A stretch of 64,000 bases of DNA from Candidatus Aldehydirespirator sp. (GTDB lineage: Bacteria > Actinomycetota > Acidimicrobiia > Acidimicrobiales > Aldehydirespiratoraceae). How positions within the stretch are numbered: the stretch's first letter is position 1; the number at the start of each line of letters is the position of its first letter. The position numbers and the translations under genes were made by a program. The notes under the pieces are model-generated. The model worked only from the letters and a program-made list of their open reading frames with translations. It was not told the DNA's origin and did no database searches. This document shows, piece by piece, positions 52,548 through 62,476 of this stretch. The stretch spans positions 2,475,729 through 2,539,728 of the forward strand of contig OZ242020.1 of the NCBI GenBank assembly GCA_965204875.1, written 5' to 3'.

Positions 52548-53687
52548 CTATGTGAAGAGGTCGCCGCGGCCGGCCAGGCCGAGCTTGGGGAAGGCGCCGA
52601 AGAAGCCGTACTCGCAGAGGCCGTATCCCTCCTGCGGGCCGTGGACCGGGTCGTCGTAGCTGAAACGGGCCGACGCGTCGATCAGCCCGTACTGGCCGAT
52701 GCCGCGCATCTCGTCCACCTTGTAGGAGAGGGCCTGCTGAACGAGCTCGGAGCCCTGCCACATGCCGTGGCGCCAGTCGGCGTCGATGCCGTAGCCGGTG
52801 CCCATCGAGATGAAGTTGGTGCACAGCGGCTCGACGTCGACGGTGACAGGCCCGCCGGGCGCATCGTTGAAGGTGATGTGCGAGCCGGCCAGCAGGCGGG
52901 TGCCGGAGATCTTGTCGTGCACCCATTCGGGGCGGCCCAGCACCTCGTTGGGGCGGCCGTCGAGCCAGACGCGCACGCCGGTCTGCATGGGTCGGTGGCC
53001 GTCGGCCTCCTCGTGGCACAGGTACACGAGCCAGTGGTCGCCGTAGTCGGCGGGCATGTAGTTCCACATCCCGGCCATCACCGAGATGCCCTGGCGTATG
53101 CCGTCGGGCTGCTTCTCGCCGACCGGGCGCACCCCCCACGACCGGTCCCTGGCGCCGCCGCAGCGGTCCGCGGTGACGGCGATGTCGTCTCCGGCGACTG
53201 TGAGGGTGCCCTCCCAGCGACCCAGCTGGGCGAACCGCTGGGTGTTGAACACGAGCGTGCCCCGGGTTCTCAGGTACTGGCGGGGCTCCTCGAAGGGGTT
53301 GACGGGCGACGTCCAGGTCACGTCCATGGCCAGCTCTGAGTCGGCGGGCCGGTTCGGCTCGACGATCACTCGCAGCTTGCGCAGCGGCTCCATTACCTCG
53401 ACCCGGATCGGCCCCACCGAGGGGTCGGCGCGGTCCTCCAGGGGTCGGCTGGCCCGCACCACGTAGTGGTCCTCGCCGCGGGTCACCGCGCAGTAGGCGT
53501 CGGTGGTGCCCAGGTTGGGATACTGGCCCAGCCCGAAGATGGCGAAGTACTCGCCGCCGGAGGGGTGCAGGTTGAAGTAGTAGCGGTCATAGAAGTTCCG
53601 GTCCGAGGTGGCCGCATGGCGCACGTACTCCGAGGTCTGGTGGACGGGATAGTCGTCCCAGGCAGAGACCGATCGATGGCGGTTCAC
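52548..53687 (-). CDS. Conserved hypothetical protein, start uncertain
   Basis: A long ORF with good codon structure (WDDYPVHQTSEYVRH...YYFNLHP...). It ends 21 nt before gcvP. I could not recognise a domain. Confidence 0.5.
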   Translation of the reverse strand: MNRHRSVSAWDDYPVHQTSEYVRHAATSDRNFYDRYYFNLHPSGGEYFAIFGLGQYPNLGTTDAYCAVTRGEDHYVVRASRPLEDRADPSVGPIRVEVMEPLRKLRVIVEPNRPADSELAMDVTWTSPVNPFEEPRQYLRTRGTLVFNTQRFAQLGRWEGTLTVAGDDIAVTADRCGGARDRSWGVRPVGEKQPDGIRQGISVMAGMWNYMPADYGDHWLVYLCHEEADGHRPMQTGVRVWLDGRPNEVLGRPEWVHDKISGTRLLAGSHITFNDAPGGPVTVDVEPLCTNFISMGTGYGIDADWRHGMWQGSELVQQALSYKVDEMRGIGQYGLIDASARFSYDDPVHGPQEGYGLCEYGFFGAFPKLGLAGRGDLFT

Positions 53688-53769
53688 GGCGGCCACACTA
53701 GCGGCGCTGCCGGTCGCGGCGCTTCCGCGTTGGATGCCGGTGCATCGCCGGTGGGTAGCATCACCGCCG

Positions 53770-54225
53770 ATGTCTGCGAGGCGCGTGCCCGCGGTGGAGG
53801 GACTCTTCACGCTCGACCCCGACGAGCCGCACCTCATCGGCGGTCGCGTGCCAGGCACCGACTCGTATTTCTTCCCCAGGCACCTCGGCGGCGCCGACCC
53901 CCGAGTGGGGCCCGTCGAGACCGAGGCGGTGCTGCTCAGCCGCCGGGGCAGGGTCTGGTCCTACACGACCAGCAACTACCGGCCGCCCCCGCCGTTCGTG
54001 GCGGCAGCGGAGCCCTATGAGCCGATAACCATCGCCGCCGTGGAACTCGAGGACGAGAGGATGGTCGTGCTCGGCCAGTGCGTCGCCGGCATCGGCCCCG
54101 ACGACCTGGAGGTGGGCATGGAGATGGAGGTGACCGTGGACACCCTCTACAGCGACGCCGAAGGCGAGTACCTCGTGTGGAAGTGGCGCCCGGCCGAGGC
54201 TGCCGGAGCGCCGGCTGAGGCCTGA
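53770..54225 (+). CDS. Zn-ribbon/OB-fold protein (DUF35), partner of SCP-x-type thiolase
   Basis: Size and position immediately upstream of a thiolase-like gene, with an OB-fold-like C-terminus (VLGQCV...MEMEV). Confidence 0.7.
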   Translation: MSARRVPAVEGLFTLDPDEPHLIGGRVPGTDSYFFPRHLGGADPRVGPVETEAVLLSRRGRVWSYTTSNYRPPPPFVAAAEPYEPITIAAVELEDERMVVLGQCVAGIGPDDLEVGMEMEVTVDTLYSDAEGEYLVWKWRPAEAAGAPAEA

Positions 54226-54228
54226 GCG

Positions 54229-55416
54229 GTGGAGGAGATCGCCGTCCTCGGCGCAGGCATGCATCCCTGGGGCAAGTGGGGCCGCAACTTCGCCGAGTAC
54301 GGGGTGGCCGCGGCCCGCAGCGCCCTCGACGACGCGGGCGTGTCCTACTCCGACGTCGGCTTCGTGTCGGGCGCCATAACCGTGCGCTGCGGGTATCCGG
54401 GATACATCGCCGGCTCCACCTTCGCCAGGGCCCTGGGTTTCACCGGCGCCCAGCTGGCCAGCAGCTACTCGGCCTGCGCCTCGGGCGCGACCGCGCTGGG
54501 CGTGGCCCGCGGCCAGATCCTCTCGGGCGCCTGCGACGTGGCGCTGGTCGTGGGAGCCGACACCACCCCCAAAGGGTTCCTCGCACCCGGCAGCGGCGAC
54601 CGCCCCGACGACATCGACTGGCTCCGCTTCCGCCTCGTGGGCGCCACCAACCCCGTGTACTTCGGGCTGCATGCCCGGCGGCGCATGGAGCTCCACGGCG
54701 CCACCACCGACGACTTCGCGCTGGTGAAGGTCAAGAACTCGCGCCATGCTGCGCACAATCCCAATGCCCGCTTCACCAAGGAGTACGGGCTCGACGATGT
54801 TCGCGACAGCCCGGTGGTGTCGGACCCGCTGCGCCTGCTCGACATCTGCGCCACCTCCGACGGCGGGGCGGCGCTGGTGGTGTCGTCGCTGGACTGGGCG
54901 AGGTCGCACGGCCAGAGAGACCCGGTGCGGGTGGCGGCGGTCACGACCACCTCGCCCACCTACCCCGACCCGATCATCGACCTGCCGTACCTGGCGGCCG
55001 ACTCGCTGGCGGGCGAGACCGCGCCGCCGGCCGTGTTCAAGGAGTCGATCGGCGCCTGCGCCTACGCCGAGGCGGGGCTGGGCCCCGGCGACATGGACCT
55101 GGCGGAGGTCTATGACCTGTCGACCGCGATGGAGCTGGACTGGTACGAGCAGCTCGGCTTCTGTGGGCCGGGCGAGGCCGAGGGGCTGCTGCGCGACGGG
55201 CACACCAGCATCGGCGGCCGCCTGCCGGTCAACCCCAGCGGCGGGCTGGGCGCGTTCGGCGAGGCGGTGCCGGCCCAGGCTCTGGCGCAGGTCTGCGAGC
55301 TCGTCTGGCAGCTCAGGGGCCAGGCAGGCCGGCGCCAGGTCACCGGCGCCCGAGTCGGCATCACCGCCAACCAGGGCCTCTTCGGCCACGGCTCCTCAGT
55401 CATCCTGCGCCGCTAG
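54229..55416 (+). CDS. Thiolase-like lipid-transfer protein (SCP-x type)
   Basis: SYSACASGATAL contains the active-site Cys region, and NPSGGLGAFGEAVPAQ is the C-terminal motif. Confidence 0.85.
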   Translation: MEEIAVLGAGMHPWGKWGRNFAEYGVAAARSALDDAGVSYSDVGFVSGAITVRCGYPGYIAGSTFARALGFTGAQLASSYSACASGATALGVARGQILSGACDVALVVGADTTPKGFLAPGSGDRPDDIDWLRFRLVGATNPVYFGLHARRRMELHGATTDDFALVKVKNSRHAAHNPNARFTKEYGLDDVRDSPVVSDPLRLLDICATSDGGAALVVSSLDWARSHGQRDPVRVAAVTTTSPTYPDPIIDLPYLAADSLAGETAPPAVFKESIGACAYAEAGLGPGDMDLAEVYDLSTAMELDWYEQLGFCGPGEAEGLLRDGHTSIGGRLPVNPSGGLGAFGEAVPAQALAQVCELVWQLRGQAGRRQVTGARVGITANQGLFGHGSSVILRR

Positions 55417-55488
55417 CACGAGCCGAACCTGCCCTAGGGCGGGCACCTCCAAGACCATCAACACAGAACGCGGATTCGGAGCGATTCC

Positions 55489-55764
55489 ATGAACAAGGCC
55501 GATGTCGTTGCTGCCGTGGCTGATCGGGCCGGCGTCACACAGCAGGACGCCCGCAAGTGCATCGACGCGCTGCTCAGCGTGGTGTGTGACCAGGTGGCGG
55601 CGGGCGGCGAGGTGAACTTGACGGGCCACATGAGGATCTCGACCGTGCAGCGCCGGGCCCGCACGGGCCGCAACCTGCACACCGGCGAGCCGGTCGTCGT
55701 CCCGGCACGCAACGGGGTGAAGATCCAGGCCGGTTCCAGGCTCAAGGCGGCCGCCCAGGGGTAA
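55489..55764 (+). CDS. hup: HU-family DNA-binding protein
   Basis: MNKADVVAAVADRAGVTQQDA...RRARTGRNLHTGEPVVVPA. Confidence 0.9.
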   Translation: MNKADVVAAVADRAGVTQQDARKCIDALLSVVCDQVAAGGEVNLTGHMRISTVQRRARTGRNLHTGEPVVVPARNGVKIQAGSRLKAAAQG

Positions 55765-55774
55765 CGCGCCTACG

Positions 55775-56209
55775 GTGGTGGAGGTGAGCCTGCCGCGGCC
55801 TGAGGAAGTGATCGCTCATCGCCCGCCGTTCCTGTTCGTGGACGAGGTGACCGAGCTGGTCGCAGGGCACAGCGCTCGGGGGCGCTGGCATCTCCGCGGC
55901 GACGAGCCCTTCTTCGCAGGCCACTTTCCGGGGCGACCCACGCTGCCGGGCGTGCTCATGTGTGAGGCGATCGCGCAGCTCGGCGCGGTCGCGCTGCTGT
56001 CCGATGAGCGCTATGCGGGACGCCTGCCGCTGTTCGGCGGCATCGACCGGGCCCGCTTCCGTGGCCAGGCCGTGCCCGGCGACACCCTGGAGCTGGAGGT
56101 GGAGATGACCCAGCTCTCCAGCCGCGCCGGCAAGGGCGCCGGTCGAGCGAGGGTCAACGGCAAGGTCGCGGCCGAGTGCCGGCTCATGTTCGTGATCGTC
56201 GACCGCTAG
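55775..56209 (+). CDS. fabZ: 3-hydroxyacyl-ACP dehydratase
   Basis: PHRPPFLFVDEV...FFAGHFPGRPTLPGVLMCEAIAQ. Confidence 0.9.
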   Translation: MVEVSLPRPEEVIAHRPPFLFVDEVTELVAGHSARGRWHLRGDEPFFAGHFPGRPTLPGVLMCEAIAQLGAVALLSDERYAGRLPLFGGIDRARFRGQAVPGDTLELEVEMTQLSSRAGKGAGRARVNGKVAAECRLMFVIVDR

Positions 56210-56279
56210 CCAGGGCGCAACTCGGCCTCGGTGCGGGGCAGATCACCCGCCGACGGGCGGAGCCGGAGGCAAGCAGTCT

Positions 56280-57464
56280 CTATGCGGGGCCGATCACGAG
56301 GGTGCCGTTGTGGCCCCCGAAGCCGAACGAGTTCGATATCGACACGCCGGGAGTCCATTCCGCAGGCTCGCCGGCGACCACCCGGATCGGCGGGAGCTCG
56401 GGGTCGAGCACCGTCAGGCCCGCCGTGGGCGGCACCAGCCGCTTCTGCATGGCCAGCACCACGGCGAGCGCCTCCAGCGCGCCCGCCGCCCCGAGGCTGT
56501 GTCCGGCGACGCCCTTGGTGGAGGTCACCAGCGGTCCGGGCGACGTTCCGAACACTTTCGAGAGCGCTTCCGCCTCGGCGGCGTCGTTGAGGTCCGTGGA
56601 GGTGCCGTGCGCGTTGACGTGGGCAACGTCTTCGGGGCCGACCCCGGCGTCTTCCAGAGCCAGCTGCATGCAGTGCACCGCGCCGCTGCCGCCCGGCGAG
56701 GGCGCGGTGATGTGGTGGGCGTCCGCCGTCGAGGCCGAGCCCAGTATCTCCGCCAGGATCACGGCGCCGCGGGCCGTGGCCGTGTCCCAGTCCTCGAGCA
56801 CCAGCACCGCGGCAGCCTCGGCCATGACGAAGCCGTCCCGATCCACATCGAAGGGCCGGCTCACGCCGCTCGACGACAGCGCCGTCATGTTGCTGAACCC
56901 GGCCACGGCAGTCGGCGTGAAGGGCGCCTCGGAACCCCCGACGAGCATGGCGTCGCAGCGTCCCTGCGCGATCAGGCGGGCGCCGTTGCCCACGGCGTGG
57001 GTGCCTGCCGCGCAGGCTGTGACGACGTTCTCGGACGGGCCCATCCAGCCGTAGCGCATCGAGAGGGTGGCGCCCCCCGCGTTGGCCATCATCATCGGCA
57101 CGAGGAAGGGCGACACGCGCCGGGCCCCTTTCTCGCGGAGCACATAGATCTGGTCCTCCAGGGTGGTGATGCCGCCCACGCCGGTGCCGATCATGGTGCC
57201 GCAGCGTGTCGGGTCGGCCTCGATCTCGCCCGCCTGCTCCAGGGCCTCGTCTGCGGCGGCCACCAGGAACTGGGTGAAGCGGTCGGCGCGACGCGCCTCC
57301 TTGGGACTCTCGAAGTACCTGTTCGGGTCGAACCCCGTGACCCGGCGCTCACCGACGGGCGCCGGGCTGCAGAGTCCCTCGAAATACGCCTCGACGCCGG
57401 TCCCCGCAGCCGACACGACCCCGGAGCCGGTGACCGCCACCCGCCGGCGGCCAGGCACGCCCAT
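56280..57464 (-). CDS. fabF: Beta-ketoacyl-ACP synthase II
   Basis: RRVAVTGSGVVSA...TACAAGTHAVG...NAHGTSTDLND...NSFGFGGHN. The ATG overlaps the acpP stop (TGATG). Confidence 0.95.
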   Translation of the reverse strand: MGVPGRRRVAVTGSGVVSAAGTGVEAYFEGLCSPAPVGERRVTGFDPNRYFESPKEARRADRFTQFLVAAADEALEQAGEIEADPTRCGTMIGTGVGGITTLEDQIYVLREKGARRVSPFLVPMMMANAGGATLSMRYGWMGPSENVVTACAAGTHAVGNGARLIAQGRCDAMLVGGSEAPFTPTAVAGFSNMTALSSSGVSRPFDVDRDGFVMAEAAAVLVLEDWDTATARGAVILAEILGSASTADAHHITAPSPGGSGAVHCMQLALEDAGVGPEDVAHVNAHGTSTDLNDAAEAEALSKVFGTSPGPLVTSTKGVAGHSLGAAGALEALAVVLAMQKRLVPPTAGLTVLDPELPPIRVVAGEPAEWTPGVSISNSFGFGGHNGTLVIGPA

Positions 57465-57700
57465 CAGAGCTTTGACTCGATCAGCTCGAACGCCGCGGCC
57501 ACCGTGCTCACGCCCTCGAGCTCCTCCTCGTCGACGGTCACGTCGAACTCCTCCTCGAGTGCCATCACCAGCTCGACGATGTCGAGGCTGTCGGCATCGA
57601 GATCGTTGGCGAAGTCGGCCTCGGGAACGACGTCGGCCTCCTCGACCGACAGCACCTCGACTGTGCACTTCCTGAAGCGCTCGAAGGCTTCGTTGTTCAC
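57464..57700 (-). CDS. acpP: Acyl carrier protein
   Basis: DLDADSLDIVELVMALEEEF contains the phosphopantetheine serine motif. SD GGAGGA. Confidence 0.95.
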   Translation of the reverse strand: MNNEAFERFRKCTVEVLSVEEADVVPEADFANDLDADSLDIVELVMALEEEFDVTVDEEELEGVSTVAAAFELIESKL

Positions 57701-57786
57701 GGTGTTCCTCCATACGGTGTTCTCTAGAATCCGGTATTGCGACCGGCTGCTTGCGACCGGCGTTGGGATCCGGCTCGTTTCGGGCC

Positions 57787-59461
<1,675 letters not shown>

Positions 59462-59510
59462 CAGCTCATGCGCTTCCGGTTCATGCGCTTCCGGTTCAGG
59501 CGGTTCCGGC

Positions 59511-60686
59511 TCATGAGGTTCGCAGCCAGGCGATGGGCTGGCTCGAGGTGACCCGCTCCCCGGCGAGGGCCAGCATGCCCATCAACTCGCCGGCGAAGGG
59601 GCTGCGGACCTCGCGGTCGGCGACCACGCCGATCCGCTGACCCACCGACACCGCGGAGCCGACCTCGACCCCGCCGGCGTATTCGAAGATCCCGGCGCCG
59701 GGGCTGACGACGAGCCGCTCCGTGGCGAACAGGTGCTCGCCCTCGATGGCGGCCGCAGGCGCCGAGACCGGCTCCGCCAGGGTTTCCAGCAGGCTGTCGA
59801 GGTCGTCGGGAGTCGACACCTTCAGCGGCCGGCGGCTCTTGAGAGAGCGCTTGACCAGGCGGCTGAGCACCTCGCCCGGGCCCAGATCCACGAACGTCGT
59901 GAAGCCGTCACTGTCGAGTCGGGACAGGGTCTGGCGCCACCGGACCGGGCTGGTCAGCTGCGCTTTGAGGAGGTCCGGCCAGTCTGCCCCGCAGTCGTGG
60001 GCGGCGGCGTCGACGTTGGCTATCACTGTTCCCTGGGCATCGCGGAACTCGGTGCGGTCTATGGCTTTGGCGAGGCGCTCGCGTGCCGATGCCATGAACG
60101 GCGTGTGGAAGGCGCCTCCGACCTGTAGCGGCATGACCCGCTTGGCGCCCAGCTCTCGGGCCACGTCCGCGGCGGCGTCGATGGCCGCCGGCGCGCCCGC
60201 GATGACGACCTGCCCGGGCGCGTTGTGGTTGGCGAGCCAGACTTCGCCCATGGCTCGGCTGCAGGCGATCTGCACGTCGTCGTCGTCCAGCCCGAGGATC
60301 GCCGCCATGGTGCCGTCGCGCTCGTCGGCGGCGGCCTGCATGGCGTTGCCGCGCTCGGCGACCAGCGCCAGCGCGTCGTGGTATTCGAGCACCCCCGACG
60401 CCGTGAGCGCCGAGTACTCGCCGAGGCTGTGACCGGCGTGGCCGGCGGCCTCGCTGCCGAGGCGGGTGACGGCGTCGAGTGCCACCATCGACATCACGAA
60501 GGTCGCGAGCTGGCTGTTGCGGGTCTCGGTCAGCTCGCCGGCGTCCGCGGTGAGCAGCAGGTGCTCCACATCGCGGTCGGTGACCTCCGACGCCTCGCTC
60601 ACGAGCTCCCAGGAGGGATGGTCGATCCAGGCCTCTCCCATGCCGGGCTTCTGCGAGCCCTGGCCCGGATACATGAAGACGATCAT
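59511..60686 (-). CDS. fabD: ACP S-malonyltransferase fused to a C-terminal biotinyl/lipoyl-like barrel lacking the modifiable lysine
   Basis: FMYPGQGSQ...GHSLGEYSAL is the FabD core, about 300 aa. An ~85-aa tail follows: VVSPGAGIFEY...VGQRIGVVADREVRSPFAGELMGMLALAGERVTSSQPIAWL. Confidence 0.85.
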   Translation of the reverse strand: MIVFMYPGQGSQKPGMGEAWIDHPSWELVSEASEVTDRDVEHLLLTADAGELTETRNSQLATFVMSMVALDAVTRLGSEAAGHAGHSLGEYSALTASGVLEYHDALALVAERGNAMQAAADERDGTMAAILGLDDDDVQIACSRAMGEVWLANHNAPGQVVIAGAPAAIDAAADVARELGAKRVMPLQVGGAFHTPFMASARERLAKAIDRTEFRDAQGTVIANVDAAAHDCGADWPDLLKAQLTSPVRWRQTLSRLDSDGFTTFVDLGPGEVLSRLVKRSLKSRRPLKVSTPDDLDSLLETLAEPVSAPAAAIEGEHLFATERLVVSPGAGIFEYAGGVEVGSAVSVGQRIGVVADREVRSPFAGELMGMLALAGERVTSSQPIAWLRTS

Positions 60687-60905
60687 TCGATTGGATGCCC
60701 CTCCCGTGTGGCGCCCGTGCTCGGCGGGCCCGGTTCGTGTTCAGACTCGCCGCGGTCGCTCGGAGTTTCATGGCCGGCGACGCCCGCCCTTTCGTCAACC
60801 AGCAGCCAATCGAGGAGCGTGCCCGCAAGAGGCTAGAGGCTTCAGGCGGCGTCCGCAGACCCTGCAGGGTTGCCGCCGGGCGCGCCGGTAGGCTCGGAGG
60901 CGCAG

Positions 60906-60990
60906 GCCCGGATGGCGGAAACTGGCAGACGCAGCGGACTCAAAATCCGCCGCCCGCAAGGGCGTGAGGGTTCAAGTCCCTCTCCGGGCA
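60906..60990 (+). tRNA. tRNA-Leu (anticodon CAA)
   Basis: Hand-folded cloverleaf: acceptor GCCCGGA/TCCGGGC, anticodon stem GCGGA/TCCGC with loop CTCAAAA, long variable arm GCCC-GCAA-GGGC, T arm GAGGG-TTCAAGT-CCCTC. No encoded CCA. Confidence 0.9.
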
Positions 60991-61052
60991 CAGAACATCT
61001 CCTCTCCTGCCCCAACTCGTCGCCCTCTCCGGTCCCCTCCGGCAGAAGGAGG

Positions 61053-61081
61053 TTGCGTTGCGGGGGGGGGGGGGGTATTCT
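61053..61081 (+). promoter_or_regulatory. Candidate promoter TTGCGT-N17-TATTCT whose spacer is TGC plus a G14 homopolymer
   Basis: -35-like 61053..61058, G14 at 61062..61075, -10-like 61076..61081. It lies about 88 nt upstream of the FN3 gene start. Confidence 0.45.
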
Positions 61082-61168
61082 CGCAAGACGAGCGCACCCG
61101 CGCACTCCCCGGATTTGTGGTTCTGGGGCACATGAGGTCGGAACATCACCGACAGAAGGAAGGTAACC

Positions 61169-61936
61169 GTGATCAATCCAGCAACGCGCCCCTCTGCCCG
61201 CCGGTTGATGTTGGCTCTGAGCCTTCTGGCGGCGGGACTGGGCTATGTGGCCGTGTCACCGGCCGTGGCTCAGAGTCTTCAAACCAAGGCGCCCACCAAC
61301 GTGAGCGCCACTGCCGGTGACACCGAAGCCACCATCACCTGGCAACTCGGCGGCACTCACGACGGAGGGGCGTGCGGGGCGGAGCGCCACTGGGTCAGAG
61401 TCAGCGACGGCACCACCCATGCCGCCGTTGCCGTGTCCGCAATGCTCGGCCCGAGCGTGACGAGCTGGCACGTGCGTGACCTCACCGCCGGCACCAACTA
61501 CTACGTCAAGGTATGGGCTCACAGGGAGAATGATTGCGGCTACTCGCCTCCGGGCACGACGAGATTCACCACCAATGCCAGCGACGCTCCGGGGGATCCA
61601 TCCGCCGCCGCGCAGAACGGCTGGAGAGCGCCCCGCAACGTGAGGCGGGTCGCTGTGACGACGAGCGGCACCAGCGCAACGGTGACATGGCAGGCGCCTG
61701 GAGCACCGGGGCACGCCAAACGGTGTGCTGCCGGCAGCGAGTACAGCTGGCGCTTGGAGAACCTCACCACCGGAGCTCCTGCTCAGTACGAGAGCGTTAC
61801 GGAGACACTGACGGCACTGACCGACACGCTCACGGGACTGACCGTAGGCAACGAGTACAAGATCACGGTCTACGTCCACTCGTCGAACTCCAACTGCTCA
61901 TGGTCCAGGGGCAGGTCAAAGATCTGGACCCAATAG
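61169..61936 (+). CDS. Secreted protein with two fibronectin type III-like domains
   Basis: SD GAAGGAAGG and GTG 61169. Signal peptide LMLALSLLAAGLGYVAVSPAVAQ. Two ~95-aa units start APTNVSATAGDTEATITWQ and APRNVRRVAVTTSGTSATVTWQ, each with two Cys. Confidence 0.7.
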   Translation: MINPATRPSARRLMLALSLLAAGLGYVAVSPAVAQSLQTKAPTNVSATAGDTEATITWQLGGTHDGGACGAERHWVRVSDGTTHAAVAVSAMLGPSVTSWHVRDLTAGTNYYVKVWAHRENDCGYSPPGTTRFTTNASDAPGDPSAAAQNGWRAPRNVRRVAVTTSGTSATVTWQAPGAPGHAKRCAAGSEYSWRLENLTTGAPAQYESVTETLTALTDTLTGLTVGNEYKITVYVHSSNSNCSWSRGRSKIWTQ

Positions 61937-62068
61937 AACCGACCAACGGAGCACAGCAAGGAGGCTCGCTCGGGCTGTCACCTAGGTCCGGACCGGGTCG
62001 AACTCCCGCAAGGGCGGAGCCTCCGGCGTGCGCGTCGCCGGTTCGGGCGGGCGCGTAGAATGCTCGCC

Positions 62069-62356
62069 GTGTCGCGGGAGCGGATCGAGCGGCGGCTCAG
62101 GGGCCTCAACCGGCAGTTGCACGCGCTGAGAGGCGATCTGCGCGTCTGTGACGAGCAGCTCGCGCAGGTCGCGGACGAGGCGGCCGAGTCGCGGCTGCGC
62201 GCGCTCGTGTCCGAGACCCCGCTGGCCGAGCGCGAGTACCGCGAGGCGCGCCGCCACGCGGAGCGGCTGCGACGCCACCGCGACGAGCTGGCCGAGCGCG
62301 TCTTGCGCCTGGAGGCCGACCAGGACGACCTGCTCGACCGCTTCACCGCGCTGTGA
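62069..62356 (+). CDS. Small coiled-coil protein, hypothetical (possibly leaderless)
   Basis: The -10-like TAGAAT (62056..62061) ends 7 nt before GTG 62069. An in-frame alternative ATG is at 62060. The protein is Arg/Glu/Leu-rich and looks helical. There is no homology I can name. Confidence 0.45.
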   Translation: MSRERIERRLRGLNRQLHALRGDLRVCDEQLAQVADEAAESRLRALVSETPLAEREYREARRHAERLRRHRDELAERVLRLEADQDDLLDRFTAL

Positions 62357-62476
62357 GCGGTGGCATCACCCGCTTGTATCGCACTCAGAACGGCCCGATG
62401 TCGGGGACGTTGCGAAGCATGTGAGTAGCGGTGGCATAGGCATACCCGCATAGATTGCATCGCCGTGGCGAAGGTG

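Noticed and set aside
62005-62016. 12-mer CCCGCAAGGGCG shared with the tRNA-Leu variable arm (60953..60964) as a possible att repeat bounding an integrated element
   Set aside because: Integrative elements duplicate the tRNA 3' end (T arm and acceptor), not the variable arm. The 12-mer is just a GCAA-tetraloop hairpin, and nothing beyond it matches.
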